50,536 nt of DNA from Gemmatimonadales bacterium. Its GTDB lineage: Bacteria; Gemmatimonadota; Gemmatimonadetes; Gemmatimonadales; GWC2-71-9. A program made the position numbers and the translations under genes. The stretch spans positions 1 through 50,536 of the forward strand of contig JACCQZ010000293.1 of NCBI GenBank assembly GCA_013813875.1, written 5' to 3'. A model generated the notes under the pieces. It worked only from the letters and a program-made list of their open reading frames with translations, was not told where the DNA came from and searched no databases. Of this stretch, positions 1 to 9,465 are shown piece by piece; position 1 is the stretch's first letter, and each line of letters opens with the position of its first letter.

Positions 1-759
1 CAGGGCTTCGAGCTGAGCGCCGGCTACACCCACTCCAACTCGAAGGACGCGATCTCCCTCACCAGCAGCCAGGCCTTCTCCAACTATCAGTTCGCATCGG
101 TTGACGGGCCGCTGGAAGGACGCAACCTGCGCACCTCGTTCTTCCACGTCCCCCATAAGGTCACCGTGAGCGGGACCGTGAACCTCCCGCTGCGCTCGAG
201 CTTCTCGCTGATCTACATCGGGCGCTCGGGTGAGCCGTACGGCTGGATCGTCAACGGCGACGCCAACGCCGACGGAATCAACGGCAACGACCTGCCCTTC
301 GTTCCGGGGGACGCGAGCCAGATCAGCCTCGCCGATCCCACCCAGTTCGCGGCGCTCGACGCTTTCATCGAGAGCCAGGCCTGCCTGCGCGACGCGCGCG
401 GCGGATTGCTGGAGCGGAACTCCTGCCGCAACCCGTGGCTCAACTTCCTCAACGCCCGGCTGGGCACCTCGATTCCCACGATCGGCGGCCAGGGGCTGGA
501 CCTTTCGCTCGACCTGTTCAACGTGCTCAACTTCCTCGACCGCGACTGGGGACTCTACAAGCAGGTGAGCGAGTTCGAGGCCGGCCCCCGCTTCCTCAAC
601 GCGGTCGGATTCGATGCGGCCAACAACCGGCCAATCTACTCCTTTGCCGCTCCGAGAAGCATCGAGCAAACGGTGTATGGCGAGAACCCGTCAGGCTCCC
701 CGGCCGGGGTCAACCGGTCGCGCTGGACGGTGCAGCTGGGAGCCAAATATCGGTTTTAG
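1..759 (+). CDS. TonB-dependent receptor (Oar-like), C-terminal part, truncated by window start
   Basis: Frame is open from base 1 (QGFELSAGYTHSNSKD...). It has amphipathic beta-strands, a GDANADGINGNDL motif, 'RNSCRNPW', 'DLFNVLN' and a C-terminal outer-membrane signature QLGAKYRF. Confidence 0.85.
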   Translation, partial: QGFELSAGYTHSNSKDAISLTSSQAFSNYQFASVDGPLEGRNLRTSFFHVPHKVTVSGTVNLPLRSSFSLIYIGRSGEPYGWIVNGDANADGINGNDLPFVPGDASQISLADPTQFAALDAFIESQACLRDARGGLLERNSCRNPWLNFLNARLGTSIPTIGGQGLDLSLDLFNVLNFLDRDWGLYKQVSEFEAGPRFLNAVGFDAANNRPIYSFAAPRSIEQTVYGENPSGSPAGVNRSRWTVQLGAKYRF

Positions 760-765
760 ACCGTT

Positions 766-851
766 TGTCAGCCTGAGCGGAGCGAAGGTGCTCATCTCCA
801 CCGTTCGGCGATGGGCAGTGTTTCGGCCCCTTCGCTCCGCTCAGGGTGACA
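766..851. repeat. REP-like palindromic element, copy 1 (full dimer)
   Basis: TGTCAGCCTGAGCGGAGCGAAGG ... CCTTCGCTCCGCTCAGGGTGACA inverted arms; related copies at 7001, 9411, 16503, 45686. Confidence 0.9.
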
Positions 852-885
852 ACGCCGCGGTGCACCCTGACAGCCGGAACCCATT

Positions 886-2100
886 ATGAACGACGCCTGG
901 ATCACCGGCGCGGTCCGCACTCCCGTCGGGCGCGCCGGTGGCGCGCTGGCGGAGGTCCGGCCGGACGATCTGGCCGCTGCCGCTATTCGCGGCCTGGTTG
1001 ACCGCCTGGCCATACCCCATGACCGCATAGACGATGTGATCCTGGGCTGTGTCAACCAGGCCGGTGAGGACAACCGGAATGTGGCCCGCATGGCGCTGCT
1101 GCTCGCCGGGCTTCCGGTGGAGGTGCCGGGCCAGACGGTCAACCGCCTCTGTGGATCCGGACTGCAAGCGGTCGCCAGCGCGTCGCACGCCATTCGCTCA
1201 GGCGAGGGAGAGCTCATCCTGGCCGGCGGAGTCGAAAGCATGACTCGGGCCCCGTACGTGATGCTCAAGCCCGGCAAAGCCTGGGACCGAACTCCTCCGC
1301 CGCTGGCCGACAGCACCGTGGGCTGGCGCTTCACCAATCCCAAGCTCCCCGCCGACTGGACCATCTCGCTCGGCGAGACCGCGGAGCGGGTGGCGCGGGC
1401 GCGCGGGGTCACCCGGAAAGAGCAGGACGAGTTCGCGCTGGAGAGCCAGCGGCGCGCCCAAGTGGCCCTCGCCGCCGGTTGGTTCCAGGGCGAGATCGTG
1501 GGAGTGGAACTGAAGCGGGGCGACGGCAGCGAAACCCTCACCCGCGACGAGCCTCCTCGCCCCGACGTGAGCCTCGACTCGCTGGCACGGCTCCGCCCCG
1601 CGTTCCTGCGCGAGGGTACGGTGACGGCGGGCACCTCCAGCGGAATCAACGACGGCGCCGCCGCCCTCTGCGTCGCGAGCGCGGCGGTGGCGGCGGAGCT
1701 CGGAATGCGGCCACTTGCCCGGGTGCTGGCGACCGCGGTGGCCGGAGTGGATCCGAGCTGCATGGGGCTCGGCCCCGTCCCCGCCACTCGCAAGGCACTG
1801 GCCCGCGCCGGGCTCGAGGTCGCAGACCTGGACCTGATCGAGCTCAACGAAGCCTTCGCCGCGCAGGCGATCGCCTGCATCCGGGACCTGGGCCTCGATC
1901 CTCTGCGCGTCAACATCGGGGGTGGGGCCATCGCCCTGGGGCATCCACTTGGTGCCAGCGGCGCCCGCATCCTCACCACCCTGGTGCACGCCCTCCGCCG
2001 CACCGGCGGCCGCTACGGGCTGGCGACGATGTGCATCGGCGTGGGTCAGGGGATCGCGATGGTGGTGGAGTCGGTGGAGGGCGGGGATTCGCCGTCCTGA
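886..2100 (+). CDS. pcaF: Acetyl-CoA C-acyltransferase (thiolase), PcaF/PaaJ 3-oxoadipyl-CoA thiolase type
   Basis: NRLCGSG active Cys, [15 protein letters not shown] and MCIGVGQG motifs; [13 protein letters not shown] is typical of PcaF/PaaJ. Confidence 0.85.
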   Translation: MNDAWITGAVRTPVGRAGGALAEVRPDDLAAAAIRGLVDRLAIPHDRIDDVILGCVNQAGEDNRNVARMALLLAGLPVEVPGQTVNRLCGSGLQAVASASHAIRSGEGELILAGGVESMTRAPYVMLKPGKAWDRTPPPLADSTVGWRFTNPKLPADWTISLGETAERVARARGVTRKEQDEFALESQRRAQVALAAGWFQGEIVGVELKRGDGSETLTRDEPPRPDVSLDSLARLRPAFLREGTVTAGTSSGINDGAAALCVASAAVAAELGMRPLARVLATAVAGVDPSCMGLGPVPATRKALARAGLEVADLDLIELNEAFAAQAIACIRDLGLDPLRVNIGGGAIALGHPLGASGARILTTLVHALRRTGGRYGLATMCIGVGQGIAMVVESVEGGDSPS

Positions 2101-2117
2101 ATTCGTGGTTCTTGGTT

Positions 2118-2255
2118 AGTGCCGGTGCTCTTAGAAGCAGGTGGAAGGACACGAAGTACACGAAGGGCACGAAGAAGCACAACAATTTTCTTGTTTATCC
2201 TTCGTTTCCTTCGCGCCCTTCGTGTCCTTCCCCCTGCTGTTAGAGCACCGGCACT
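2118..2255. repeat. Long inverted repeat built of 9-mer (CACGAAG-type) units between convergent genes; possible bidirectional terminator/stabiliser
   Basis: Outer arms AGTGCCGGTGCTCT..AGCAGG / CCTGCT..AGAGCACCGGCACT, inner arms GGACACGAAG-type / CTTCGTGTCC-type units, AT-rich loop. Confidence 0.8.
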
Positions 2256-4810
2256 CAATTGCTCGCCGAAGGGAGCGCAGCCCGCCGCTCGAACTCCGCC
2301 CGCGCCGCGGCCAGCATAGCCAGCGCCTCGGACTTCTCCTCCGGCGTGTTCCACTCCCGGTGCCCCTCCGCCGCCCCCTGCAACCGGGCGATCCACGCCA
2401 TGAAGTACTCCGCGTCCTCCCGCGAGCGGATCGGCTTCCCGCCGACCGTCAGGTAAATGGGACTGGTCGTGGCGTAGGGATAGAGATCCAGCACCGGATG
2501 GATGGCCCGGTCGCTCCGCGCGCGAAGCAGGTACCAGCCGCTCTCACTCACCGGAAGCCGCACCGTCGTCGTAACCGCGGTACGATCGCCGGCGAGGGGG
2601 ATCTCTCTGAGCACCCTGCCATTGCTCACGATTTCCAGGTGGTCAATGGGAACGTTGGAGCGCAGTCCCACCCGGGCCACCACCTCCTGCGTCCCAGCCG
2701 GCAGGCTCACCTCCTCACCCAGCCCCCGGCCCCCCAGGGTGAACTCGAGCAGCGGCCCGTTGGTGGCAAAGCTCCGTCCAGCCACGAGTGCCGCCAGCCA
2801 ACGGCGATGCTCCAGCGGCGCTCCGCTGCGCACGAAGACCCGGTTGAGCCCCACCGGTCCTCGCAGCGAGGCGAAGTTGGCCATCGCGTCGGTTCCGGCT
2901 CCCGCCGGAAGCCTGAAGCCGCAGTTGAGTATCCGATACCAGACTGCCGCCGTGGCCATCGGATCGTCCACGAAACCGACCGCCTCGTAGTAGTCCACCT
3001 TCCCCAGCGCCACGTCAACCGGAAATTCATGGGTGAGCGGCCTGCTGGTGTCGCCCGGCTCGGGATGGACGTCGAAGGGATGGACGTAGCCGGTTACCCC
3101 GCCCTGCGCGTGGGCCATATCGAACACCGCCGCGTTGGTGGGCTGCAGCGTCGCCATCGCGGTGTTGGTGTAGGCGGTGTACCCCGGCAGCACCAGGTTT
3201 TCCCGCATGCCCAGCAGTCCGGCATGGCCCCAGAAGCTGGTGTGATACTCCTGCCCGTGCATGATGAGCGTACCAGGCGACGATACCGGGTCCGGCGTGC
3301 CCCGGAAGTACTCGACGTCGGGAACCCTTCCCTCCTTGTTGACGATCAGATTCTCCACCACATGAAGGTCCTCGGCCCGCGCCTGAAGGGCGAGCCGCGC
3401 CGGATCGTTGCGGTAGGCGCCACCGTAGTTCATGTGCACGTGGAGATCGCCGCTGTACCAGCCCTGCGCCGGTAAGTCGGCCAGCCGCTCGAGCGCGATC
3501 CGCACTCCGCTCTCCGCCCCATCGGCTATCTTCACCGTCCGCGACGCCACCCGGAACTCCGGCCCGCGCGACACCTCGACCGTCACCGCGCCCGCCGGCA
3601 CTGTCATGCTCGCACGGCGGCCGGTGTGGAAGTACCCGTACTCGAAGCGCCGCTCCGACCGGTCGAACCCGTCGTCGGCGTGCCGCCAGGCGTCGTCCGG
3701 GGCATAGCTCCGCCCGTCGGGACCGGTCACCGACACTCGCGCGGGCACGGGCCGGCCGGTGCTCCGATCCACCACCATGATGGACAGCCGTCCAACCGGC
3801 TCGCGATAGACCCGGCGCACCGCCCGCACCTCTCGCCGTCCGCTGCCCGGTACGTCCACGACCCAGAGGGAGGTGTTGCCGCCTTCGTTGGACACGTAGG
3901 CGATGCGCCGGCCGTCCCGGGACCAGCGTGGCGCGGTGGCGTCGAAGTCTCCATAGGTGAGCTGCAGCGGGTCTCCCCCTTCGGCCGTCATCAGCCAGAG
4001 CTGGTTCCACTGGCGGCCGAGGTAGGAGCTGTAGACGACGCGCCTGCCGTCCGGACTCCAGTCCGGCCGGGCTTTCCAGGTGGTCTCCTCGTAGTGGATC
4101 TCCCGCGGCTCTCCGCCGCCGGCCGCCCGGGTGCGCCAGAAGCCGCCGGACCCCCAGATGCGCCCGCGATTGGAGACCAGCAGCAGCTCGCTTCCGTCGG
4201 GAGACCAGGATGGTGAGAGGTACTGGTCGAACCGGTGATAGTAGTAGCGGGGAAGCTCGCTCTGCCGATCCTCGGTAACCCGCTCCAGCCCTCCGGCGCG
4301 CCCATCGGGCATCACCCTCGCGATGAAGACGTGCCAGCGGCCCTCGTATGCGGTGGAGGTGAACGCGATTCGCCGGCCGTCCGGCGACCAGCGCGGCTCG
4401 ATGTTGACCGCGCCGTTGCTCACCAGGGGAGCAGACGCGCCGGTTGCAAGGTCGAGGAGCCGAAGCTCGATGGCATCGTCACGGTAGGAGGCGTAGAGCA
4501 CCCGGCGTCCGTCGGGCGACCAGTCGGGCTGATAATCGTATCCCGGGCCGGAGGTGAGCTGCCGCGCCTCTTCGCTGCCGACTCGCTGCCGCCAGAGCGA
4601 GCCCTGCATCGAGTAGACCAGCTCCTCCCCATTCGGCGACCACGCCGCGGCGCTCGGGCCACTGGTGGCCTGGGGGATCAACATCTCACGGAAGTAGTAC
4701 GGGTGCGGAACCTTGATCTGGCGCAGGACCGGCGCCCGCTGCGCGGCGACGCCCTCGGCCCCGAGCAGCAGGACCAGTCCGGCACCTAGGAGGAGACGGA
4801 GCCATCTCAT
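2255..4810 (-). CDS. Secreted TolB-like (PD40 repeat) beta-propeller fused to CehA/McbA-family (PHP-like) metallohydrolase
   Basis: Signal peptide MRWLRLLLGAGLVLLLGAEGVAA; repeated P.WSPDG motifs; GDLHVH, GQEYH, YVHP and GTD metal ligands. True start taken as ATG 4810 (ATGA overlap with permease stop), not 6118. Confidence 0.85.
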   Translation of the reverse strand: MRWLRLLLGAGLVLLLGAEGVAAQRAPVLRQIKVPHPYYFREMLIPQATSGPSAAAWSPNGEELVYSMQGSLWRQRVGSEEARQLTSGPGYDYQPDWSPDGRRVLYASYRDDAIELRLLDLATGASAPLVSNGAVNIEPRWSPDGRRIAFTSTAYEGRWHVFIARVMPDGRAGGLERVTEDRQSELPRYYYHRFDQYLSPSWSPDGSELLLVSNRGRIWGSGGFWRTRAAGGGEPREIHYEETTWKARPDWSPDGRRVVYSSYLGRQWNQLWLMTAEGGDPLQLTYGDFDATAPRWSRDGRRIAYVSNEGGNTSLWVVDVPGSGRREVRAVRRVYREPVGRLSIMVVDRSTGRPVPARVSVTGPDGRSYAPDDAWRHADDGFDRSERRFEYGYFHTGRRASMTVPAGAVTVEVSRGPEFRVASRTVKIADGAESGVRIALERLADLPAQGWYSGDLHVHMNYGGAYRNDPARLALQARAEDLHVVENLIVNKEGRVPDVEYFRGTPDPVSSPGTLIMHGQEYHTSFWGHAGLLGMRENLVLPGYTAYTNTAMATLQPTNAAVFDMAHAQGGVTGYVHPFDVHPEPGDTSRPLTHEFPVDVALGKVDYYEAVGFVDDPMATAAVWYRILNCGFRLPAGAGTDAMANFASLRGPVGLNRVFVRSGAPLEHRRWLAALVAGRSFATNGPLLEFTLGGRGLGEEVSLPAGTQEVVARVGLRSNVPIDHLEIVSNGRVLREIPLAGDRTAVTTTVRLPVSESGWYLLRARSDRAIHPVLDLYPYATTSPIYLTVGGKPIRSREDAEYFMAWIARLQGAAEGHREWNTPEEKSEALAMLAAARAEFERRAALPSASN

Positions 4811-6216
4811 CGGCGGCCCCGCCAGTAGATCAGACCGCCGAGCAGCACGAAGAGCCCGGCACCGCCAATCACCTTGACCGGGTGCAGCCATGCGTCTTCC
4901 GCGTCCGAGGGCGGCACCGTGGCGATCACCATGGCGAACAGCGTAAGCGCGAGACCGCTCACCCCGATGAGCCCGCCAGCCACCCGCCCGCCCACAGCCG
5001 ATGATGCCGGCACCCGTTCCTTGAGCCGTATGACCAGGTAGCAGACGAAGAGATAGATATAGGGTATGAAGTACACCAGCAGCATGGTGTCGAGGATGAC
5101 CAGATAGGCGCGCTCGACGGTGGTGCCCCGGCCCAGCACCGACAACAGCAGAAACACGGTAGCGAGAATGGCCTGGACCAGGATGGCCACGTACGGCGTC
5201 TGCCACCGGGGGTGAATGCGGCCGAAGGCGGGCGGAAAATACCGGTCGAGTCCGATCACGAATGCCACCCTGGCGGGACCGGTGAGCCAGGCGCCGACGC
5301 CGCCCACGTTGCCGACCACATAGAAGGCGGCCGCCATCGGCGCCACCCACGCGAGCCCGGTCCCGACATTGGCCGCGCCCACCGCGAGCGCCTGCAGGAA
5401 ACCGGAAACGATGTTGACTTCCCCCGTCGGCACCAGCCACAGCACCGCCGCGGTGCCGGCGATGTAGAGAAACGCGATCAGCGGGGCGGAGATGTAGATC
5501 GAGCGCGGCAGGGTGCTCCTGGGGTCTTTGATCTCGGCGCCCATCACCGCACACAGTTCGAGTCCGGCAAAGGCGAAGGCGATCGAGGCCCAGAGGTTGA
5601 GCGCGGACCAGTCGCCGAGGTTGGGGGTGATGCTCTCGAGGGTGAGCGGCGTGGCCGCCGGCCGGTTGAACGCCGCGTACGCGCCCAGCGCTACCAGCAG
5701 CACCCCTGGCAGATAGCTGCCGACCGCCCCCAGATTCTGCAGCCAGCGGCCGGTCCGAAGCCCCACGATATTGAGCGCCACCGCGATCCACAGGGCCAGC
5801 AGCGTCGCCGGCAGGACGTAGACCCAGTCGCCCGCCAGCGCGGTGTCTCCCCGGCCGATCACGTAAGTTCCGACTACCGCGGTGGACATCAACAGGTTGG
5901 GATAGTAGAGGATGTTGTTGACCCAGTAGCACCAGCCACACAGAAACCCGTGCCCCTCTCCGAAGGCCCGCTTGGTCCAGAAGTAGATCCCACCTTCCTC
6001 CGGAAATCGGGCGGCCATGTCGCTCACCGCCAGACCCTGGGGAATGAAAAAGAAAAGCGCCGCCAGGACCCACAGCGTGAGCGAGCTGGGTCCCGCCGCC
6101 GCCGCGGTGGCGAACCATCGCAGGCTGAGGACCGCGACGACGTTGAAGAGGACCAGGTCGCGCAGGTTCATCGCGCGGGGAAGCGTTGCCTGTGGTGCCT
6201 CCAGAGTGGCCGTCAT
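4807..6216 (-). CDS. APC family amino acid/polyamine permease
   Basis: About 12 hydrophobic segments; PEEGGIYFW, FAFAGLE, AEIKDP and PAFGRIHPRWQTPYVA APC motifs. Confidence 0.9.
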   Translation of the reverse strand: MTATLEAPQATLPRAMNLRDLVLFNVVAVLSLRWFATAAAAGPSSLTLWVLAALFFFIPQGLAVSDMAARFPEEGGIYFWTKRAFGEGHGFLCGWCYWVNNILYYPNLLMSTAVVGTYVIGRGDTALAGDWVYVLPATLLALWIAVALNIVGLRTGRWLQNLGAVGSYLPGVLLVALGAYAAFNRPAATPLTLESITPNLGDWSALNLWASIAFAFAGLELCAVMGAEIKDPRSTLPRSIYISAPLIAFLYIAGTAAVLWLVPTGEVNIVSGFLQALAVGAANVGTGLAWVAPMAAAFYVVGNVGGVGAWLTGPARVAFVIGLDRYFPPAFGRIHPRWQTPYVAILVQAILATVFLLLSVLGRGTTVERAYLVILDTMLLVYFIPYIYLFVCYLVIRLKERVPASSAVGGRVAGGLIGVSGLALTLFAMVIATVPPSDAEDAWLHPVKVIGGAGLFVLLGGLIYWRGRR

Positions 6217-6226
6217 GGGGACAGAC

Positions 6227-6991
6227 TCACGCCTTGAGAAAGAGTCGTTGGGGATCCAGCACCTCGCGCAGAAGGTGGAGCTCGCGAGCCGTGGGTGGAT
6301 CAATCGTGTCGAGCGCAGCGCGGCAGCGGAGGGGCCAGCCCACCCCGGCGCGCACCTCCTCCAGCGCCACGCCCGGGTAAAGGGCGCTCAGCAGCAGCTC
6401 GCCGCTGTCCGGCTCCACTTCCAGCACGCCCTTGTCGGTGACCACCTTTACCGGGCCCGCACCCGGCATCCCCAGCTCGCGCCGCCCGCGGCCCCGCATA
6501 CGGTGGCCGGGACTGGTGATGAAATCCACCGCTTCGGGAAAGGCCCGGCGGCTGAGCCGGCTGATCGCCACCGTACGCCGCGCATGAATCGCGATTTCGG
6601 CGGCGCCGCCGCTCCCCGGAAGCCGCACCGTGGGCCGGGCGTAGTCGCCGACGACGGTGGTGTTGATGTTGCCGTAGCGGTCTATCTGGGCGCCGCCGAG
6701 AAACCCGACCTCGATCCGGCCGTTCTGCAGCAGGCACTGAAACACGTCCGCCATTCCAGAGACCATGAGGGAGCCGGTCACCAGCGACGGATCTCCGATG
6801 GAGACCGGCAGCCTCTCGGGCTCGGCGCCGACCGCGCCCGACTCGTAGATCAACAGCAGCCTCGGCGCGTGGGTGGCGCGGGCGAGGTTGCAGGCGAGGT
6901 TGGGAAGGCCGATGCCCACGAAGACGACCTCTCCGTCGCGAAGCTCGCGGGCGGCCACCACCGCCATCATTTCAGCGGGGGAGTAGGTCAT
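6227..6991 (-). CDS. CoA-transferase subunit B (GctB/CatJ-like)
   Basis: VFVGIGLP, LIYESG catalytic Glu, GAQIDRYGNIN, LPGSGGA; start at ATG 6991 outside the REP. Confidence 0.9.
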   Translation of the reverse strand: MTYSPAEMMAVVAARELRDGEVVFVGIGLPNLACNLARATHAPRLLLIYESGAVGAEPERLPVSIGDPSLVTGSLMVSGMADVFQCLLQNGRIEVGFLGGAQIDRYGNINTTVVGDYARPTVRLPGSGGAAEIAIHARRTVAISRLSRRAFPEAVDFITSPGHRMRGRGRRELGMPGAGPVKVVTDKGVLEVEPDSGELLLSALYPGVALEEVRAGVGWPLRCRAALDTIDPPTARELHLLREVLDPQRLFLKA

Positions 6992-7000
6992 GCTGGCCTT

Positions 7001-7068
7001 TGTCACCCTGAGCGAAGCGAAGGGGGCATGAGTTGGGCCATGACTCCTTCGCTTCGCTCAGGGTGACA
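7001..7068. repeat. REP-like palindromic element, copy 2 (full dimer, intra-operonic)
   Basis: TGTCACCCTGAGCGAAGCGAAGG ... CCTTCGCTTCGCTCAGGGTGACA perfect 23-bp arms. Confidence 0.9.
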
Positions 7069-7089
7069 GGCGCCTCTGCGGCTACGACC

Positions 7090-8001
7090 TCAGTACCCAT
7101 AGTTGACCCCCGCGCACACCCTGCTCCCCGCCCGCAGCCGCTCCAGATCTCCGCACTTTTCCACGTATCCCGTCCGATCCGGCACCCCATAGACCATCGC
7201 CTCGAGGTACCGCTCCAGCGCCGCCGGGTCGCGCGATATCTCTTCCCAGCCGACGTAGAACTCGTTGTCGCGATCGTAGTAGCCCTGGGCGTAGGAGGGG
7301 TGCGCACCCCACGGCTCCACCACCACCGCGTCCACCGCGAGCCCCGGAATCAGGGTGCGGTTGGGATCGCCGCGAATGACCGACTGGTCCACCAGCTCCT
7401 CGACCACCACGATCACCCGGCGGGAGGCGAAAGCGGCTTCCTTCTGCACGCCGAGCAGTCCCCAGATCTGGGCGTTACCCTCTGCGTCGGCCCGCTGCGC
7501 GTGCACGATGGTCACGTCGGGATTGAGTGCGGGGACGGTGGCCAACACTTCGCCGGTGTAGGGGCACTCAATCGTCCGGATGGATGGGTTGGCCGCCGGA
7601 AGATCGGTCCCCATGTAGTCGCGGAGGGTCCAGAACGGCAGCCGCGCGGCGCCGGCGCAGAGCCGGGCCACCATGCCGAAGTGCGAGTATTCCTCCAGCT
7701 CGAGCGGACCGCCGCCCTTCCGCTCCACCGCGCGCCGGAATGCATGCAGCGAACCGGCCCCGGGATTGCCCGCCCAGGAGAACACCAGCTTTCGGGCGCA
7801 CCCCGCCGCGATCATCTGATCGTAGATGAGATCGGGGGTGAGCCGGCAGAGCGTGAGCTCCCGGCGCCGCTGCCGGATGATCTCGTGTCCCGCGGCGAAA
7901 CAGATGAGGTGGGTAAAGCCCTCGATTACCACCGTGTCGCCGTCGTGCACGTGGGCGGCGACGGCCTCGCGCATGGTGGTGACCTTGGAGCCAGCGGTCA
8001 A
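7090..8001 (-). CDS. CoA-transferase subunit A (GctA/CatI-like)
   Basis: EGFTHLI.FAAGHEIIRQ, PDVTIVHAQRADAEGN and GAHPSYAQGYYDRD motifs; adjacent to subunit B. Confidence 0.9.
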   Translation of the reverse strand: MTAGSKVTTMREAVAAHVHDGDTVVIEGFTHLICFAAGHEIIRQRRRELTLCRLTPDLIYDQMIAAGCARKLVFSWAGNPGAGSLHAFRRAVERKGGGPLELEEYSHFGMVARLCAGAARLPFWTLRDYMGTDLPAANPSIRTIECPYTGEVLATVPALNPDVTIVHAQRADAEGNAQIWGLLGVQKEAAFASRRVIVVVEELVDQSVIRGDPNRTLIPGLAVDAVVVEPWGAHPSYAQGYYDRDNEFYVGWEEISRDPAALERYLEAMVYGVPDRTGYVEKCGDLERLRAGSRVCAGVNYGY

Positions 8002-9344
8002 GCCAGCTCACCCAGCCGGGCGCCGATCATCTCCAAGGCCGTGTCTACGTCGTAGTCGTCCACCACCAGCGGCGGGGCCAGGCGGAGTGTGCTCTTCCCC
8101 GCCCCGAGCAGCAGCAGCCCGCGCGCGAACGAGCCCATCACCAGATCGTGGAGCAGCTCCGGCGCCGGCTCGCGGGTCGCGCGATCCTTCACCAGCTCCA
8201 TCCCGATCATCAGGCCCCTGCCCCGGACGTCCCCGATGCACGGGTGGCGCTCCGCGAGTGCGCGAACCCCGGCGATGAGCCGGGCTCCCATGCGCACGGC
8301 ATTCTCCATCAGCCCGCCTTCCACCAGGTCGAGCGTGGCGAGCGCCGCCGCGCAGCAGACCGGGTTGCCGCCGAAGGTGGAGCCGTGGGAGCCGGTCTCC
8401 CAGGTGCTGATTGACTCCTTCGCGATGATCGCGCCGATCGGCATTCCCGAGCCGAGTCCCTTGGCGGTCAGCAGTATGTCGGGCTCGACCCCTTCATGGT
8501 CGCAGGCCCACATCTTTCCCGTTCGGCCGACGCCGGACTGCACTTCGTCGGCCACCAGCAGGATACCATAGCGGTCGCAGAGGTCTCGCAGCGCCCGGAG
8601 GTAGCCATCCGGCGGAATCACGTAGCCGCCTTCACCCTGGATCGGCTCCACAAAGATGGCGGCGACGTCGTGCGGGTCGAGGTGGCGCGCGAACAGATCC
8701 TTCTCAATCACTTCGATGCAGCCGCGGGTGCAGTCGGGCTTGTCGCCGCAGAACTGACAGCGGTATCGGTACGCGAAGGGCACATGGTGCACGTCCGGCA
8801 GCAGCGGCCCGAAACCGGCATGCTGGCGGGCCTTGCTGGAGGTGAGGGAGACCGCGCCCGTGGTGCGCCCATGGAACGCGCCGCGAAAGGCGATGATGGC
8901 GGTGCGCCGGGTAGAGTGGCGAGCCAGCTTGATGGCGCCCTCGGTGGCCTCGGTGCCCGAGTTGGTGAGAAAGACCCGTTTCTTGGAGGAGCCCGGCGCA
9001 ACTCGGGCCAGCCGCTCGCAGAGCGCCGCCATCCCCTCGTAGTAGAAGTCCGACCCGCAGATGTGGAGGAAGTTGTCGGCCGCCTCCTTGACCGCCGCCA
9101 CCACCTTCGGGTGGCCGTACCCGGTGGAGCACACGGCGATGCCCGCCATGAAGTCGAGAAAGCGGTTACCGTCCACGTCCTCCACCATGGTCCCGCGGCC
9201 CCGGGCGACCACCAGCGGGTACTCCTTGATGTAGCAGCCGGCGGTCCACTGCTCATCCCGCCGGACGACGGCCTGAGCCTTGGGACCGGGTGGGGGGATC
9301 ACAATCCTGGGATAATCACGCACTGGCATTCCTTGAATGGACAT
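7998..9344 (-). CDS. Class-III PLP aminotransferase (GabT/acetylornithine aminotransferase-like)
   Basis: NSGTEA, FHGRT, EPIQGEGG, ADEVQSGVGRTG, TAKGLG (PLP Lys), STFGGNP; start uncertain (9344 or 9329). Confidence 0.9.
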   Translation of the reverse strand: MSIQGMPVRDYPRIVIPPPGPKAQAVVRRDEQWTAGCYIKEYPLVVARGRGTMVEDVDGNRFLDFMAGIAVCSTGYGHPKVVAAVKEAADNFLHICGSDFYYEGMAALCERLARVAPGSSKKRVFLTNSGTEATEGAIKLARHSTRRTAIIAFRGAFHGRTTGAVSLTSSKARQHAGFGPLLPDVHHVPFAYRYRCQFCGDKPDCTRGCIEVIEKDLFARHLDPHDVAAIFVEPIQGEGGYVIPPDGYLRALRDLCDRYGILLVADEVQSGVGRTGKMWACDHEGVEPDILLTAKGLGSGMPIGAIIAKESISTWETGSHGSTFGGNPVCCAAALATLDLVEGGLMENAVRMGARLIAGVRALAERHPCIGDVRGRGLMIGMELVKDRATREPAPELLHDLVMGSFARGLLLLGAGKSTLRLAPPLVVDDYDVDTALEMIGARLGELA

Positions 9345-9410
9345 GAATTGGGCGACGAGATGCCCTCTGGCCAAGCACGAATCGTCACACGGGCGAAGGG
9401 GACCTCATCG

Positions 9411-9436
9411 TGTCACCCTGAGCGCAAGCGAAGGGG
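9411..9436. repeat. REP-like element, single arm (copy 3)
   Basis: TGTCACCCTGAGCGCAAGCGAAGGGG, with a decayed arm just upstream (9382-9403). Confidence 0.75.
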
Positions 9437-9465
9437 CCATAGGTCAAGCCACTCGCCGATGTCAC

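Noticed and set aside
4811-6118. 1287-aa ORF 2255..6118 as a giant fusion
   Set aside because: The upstream 436 codons are an alternate frame over the APC permease with R/G-rich junk composition. The real signal peptide starts at 4810.
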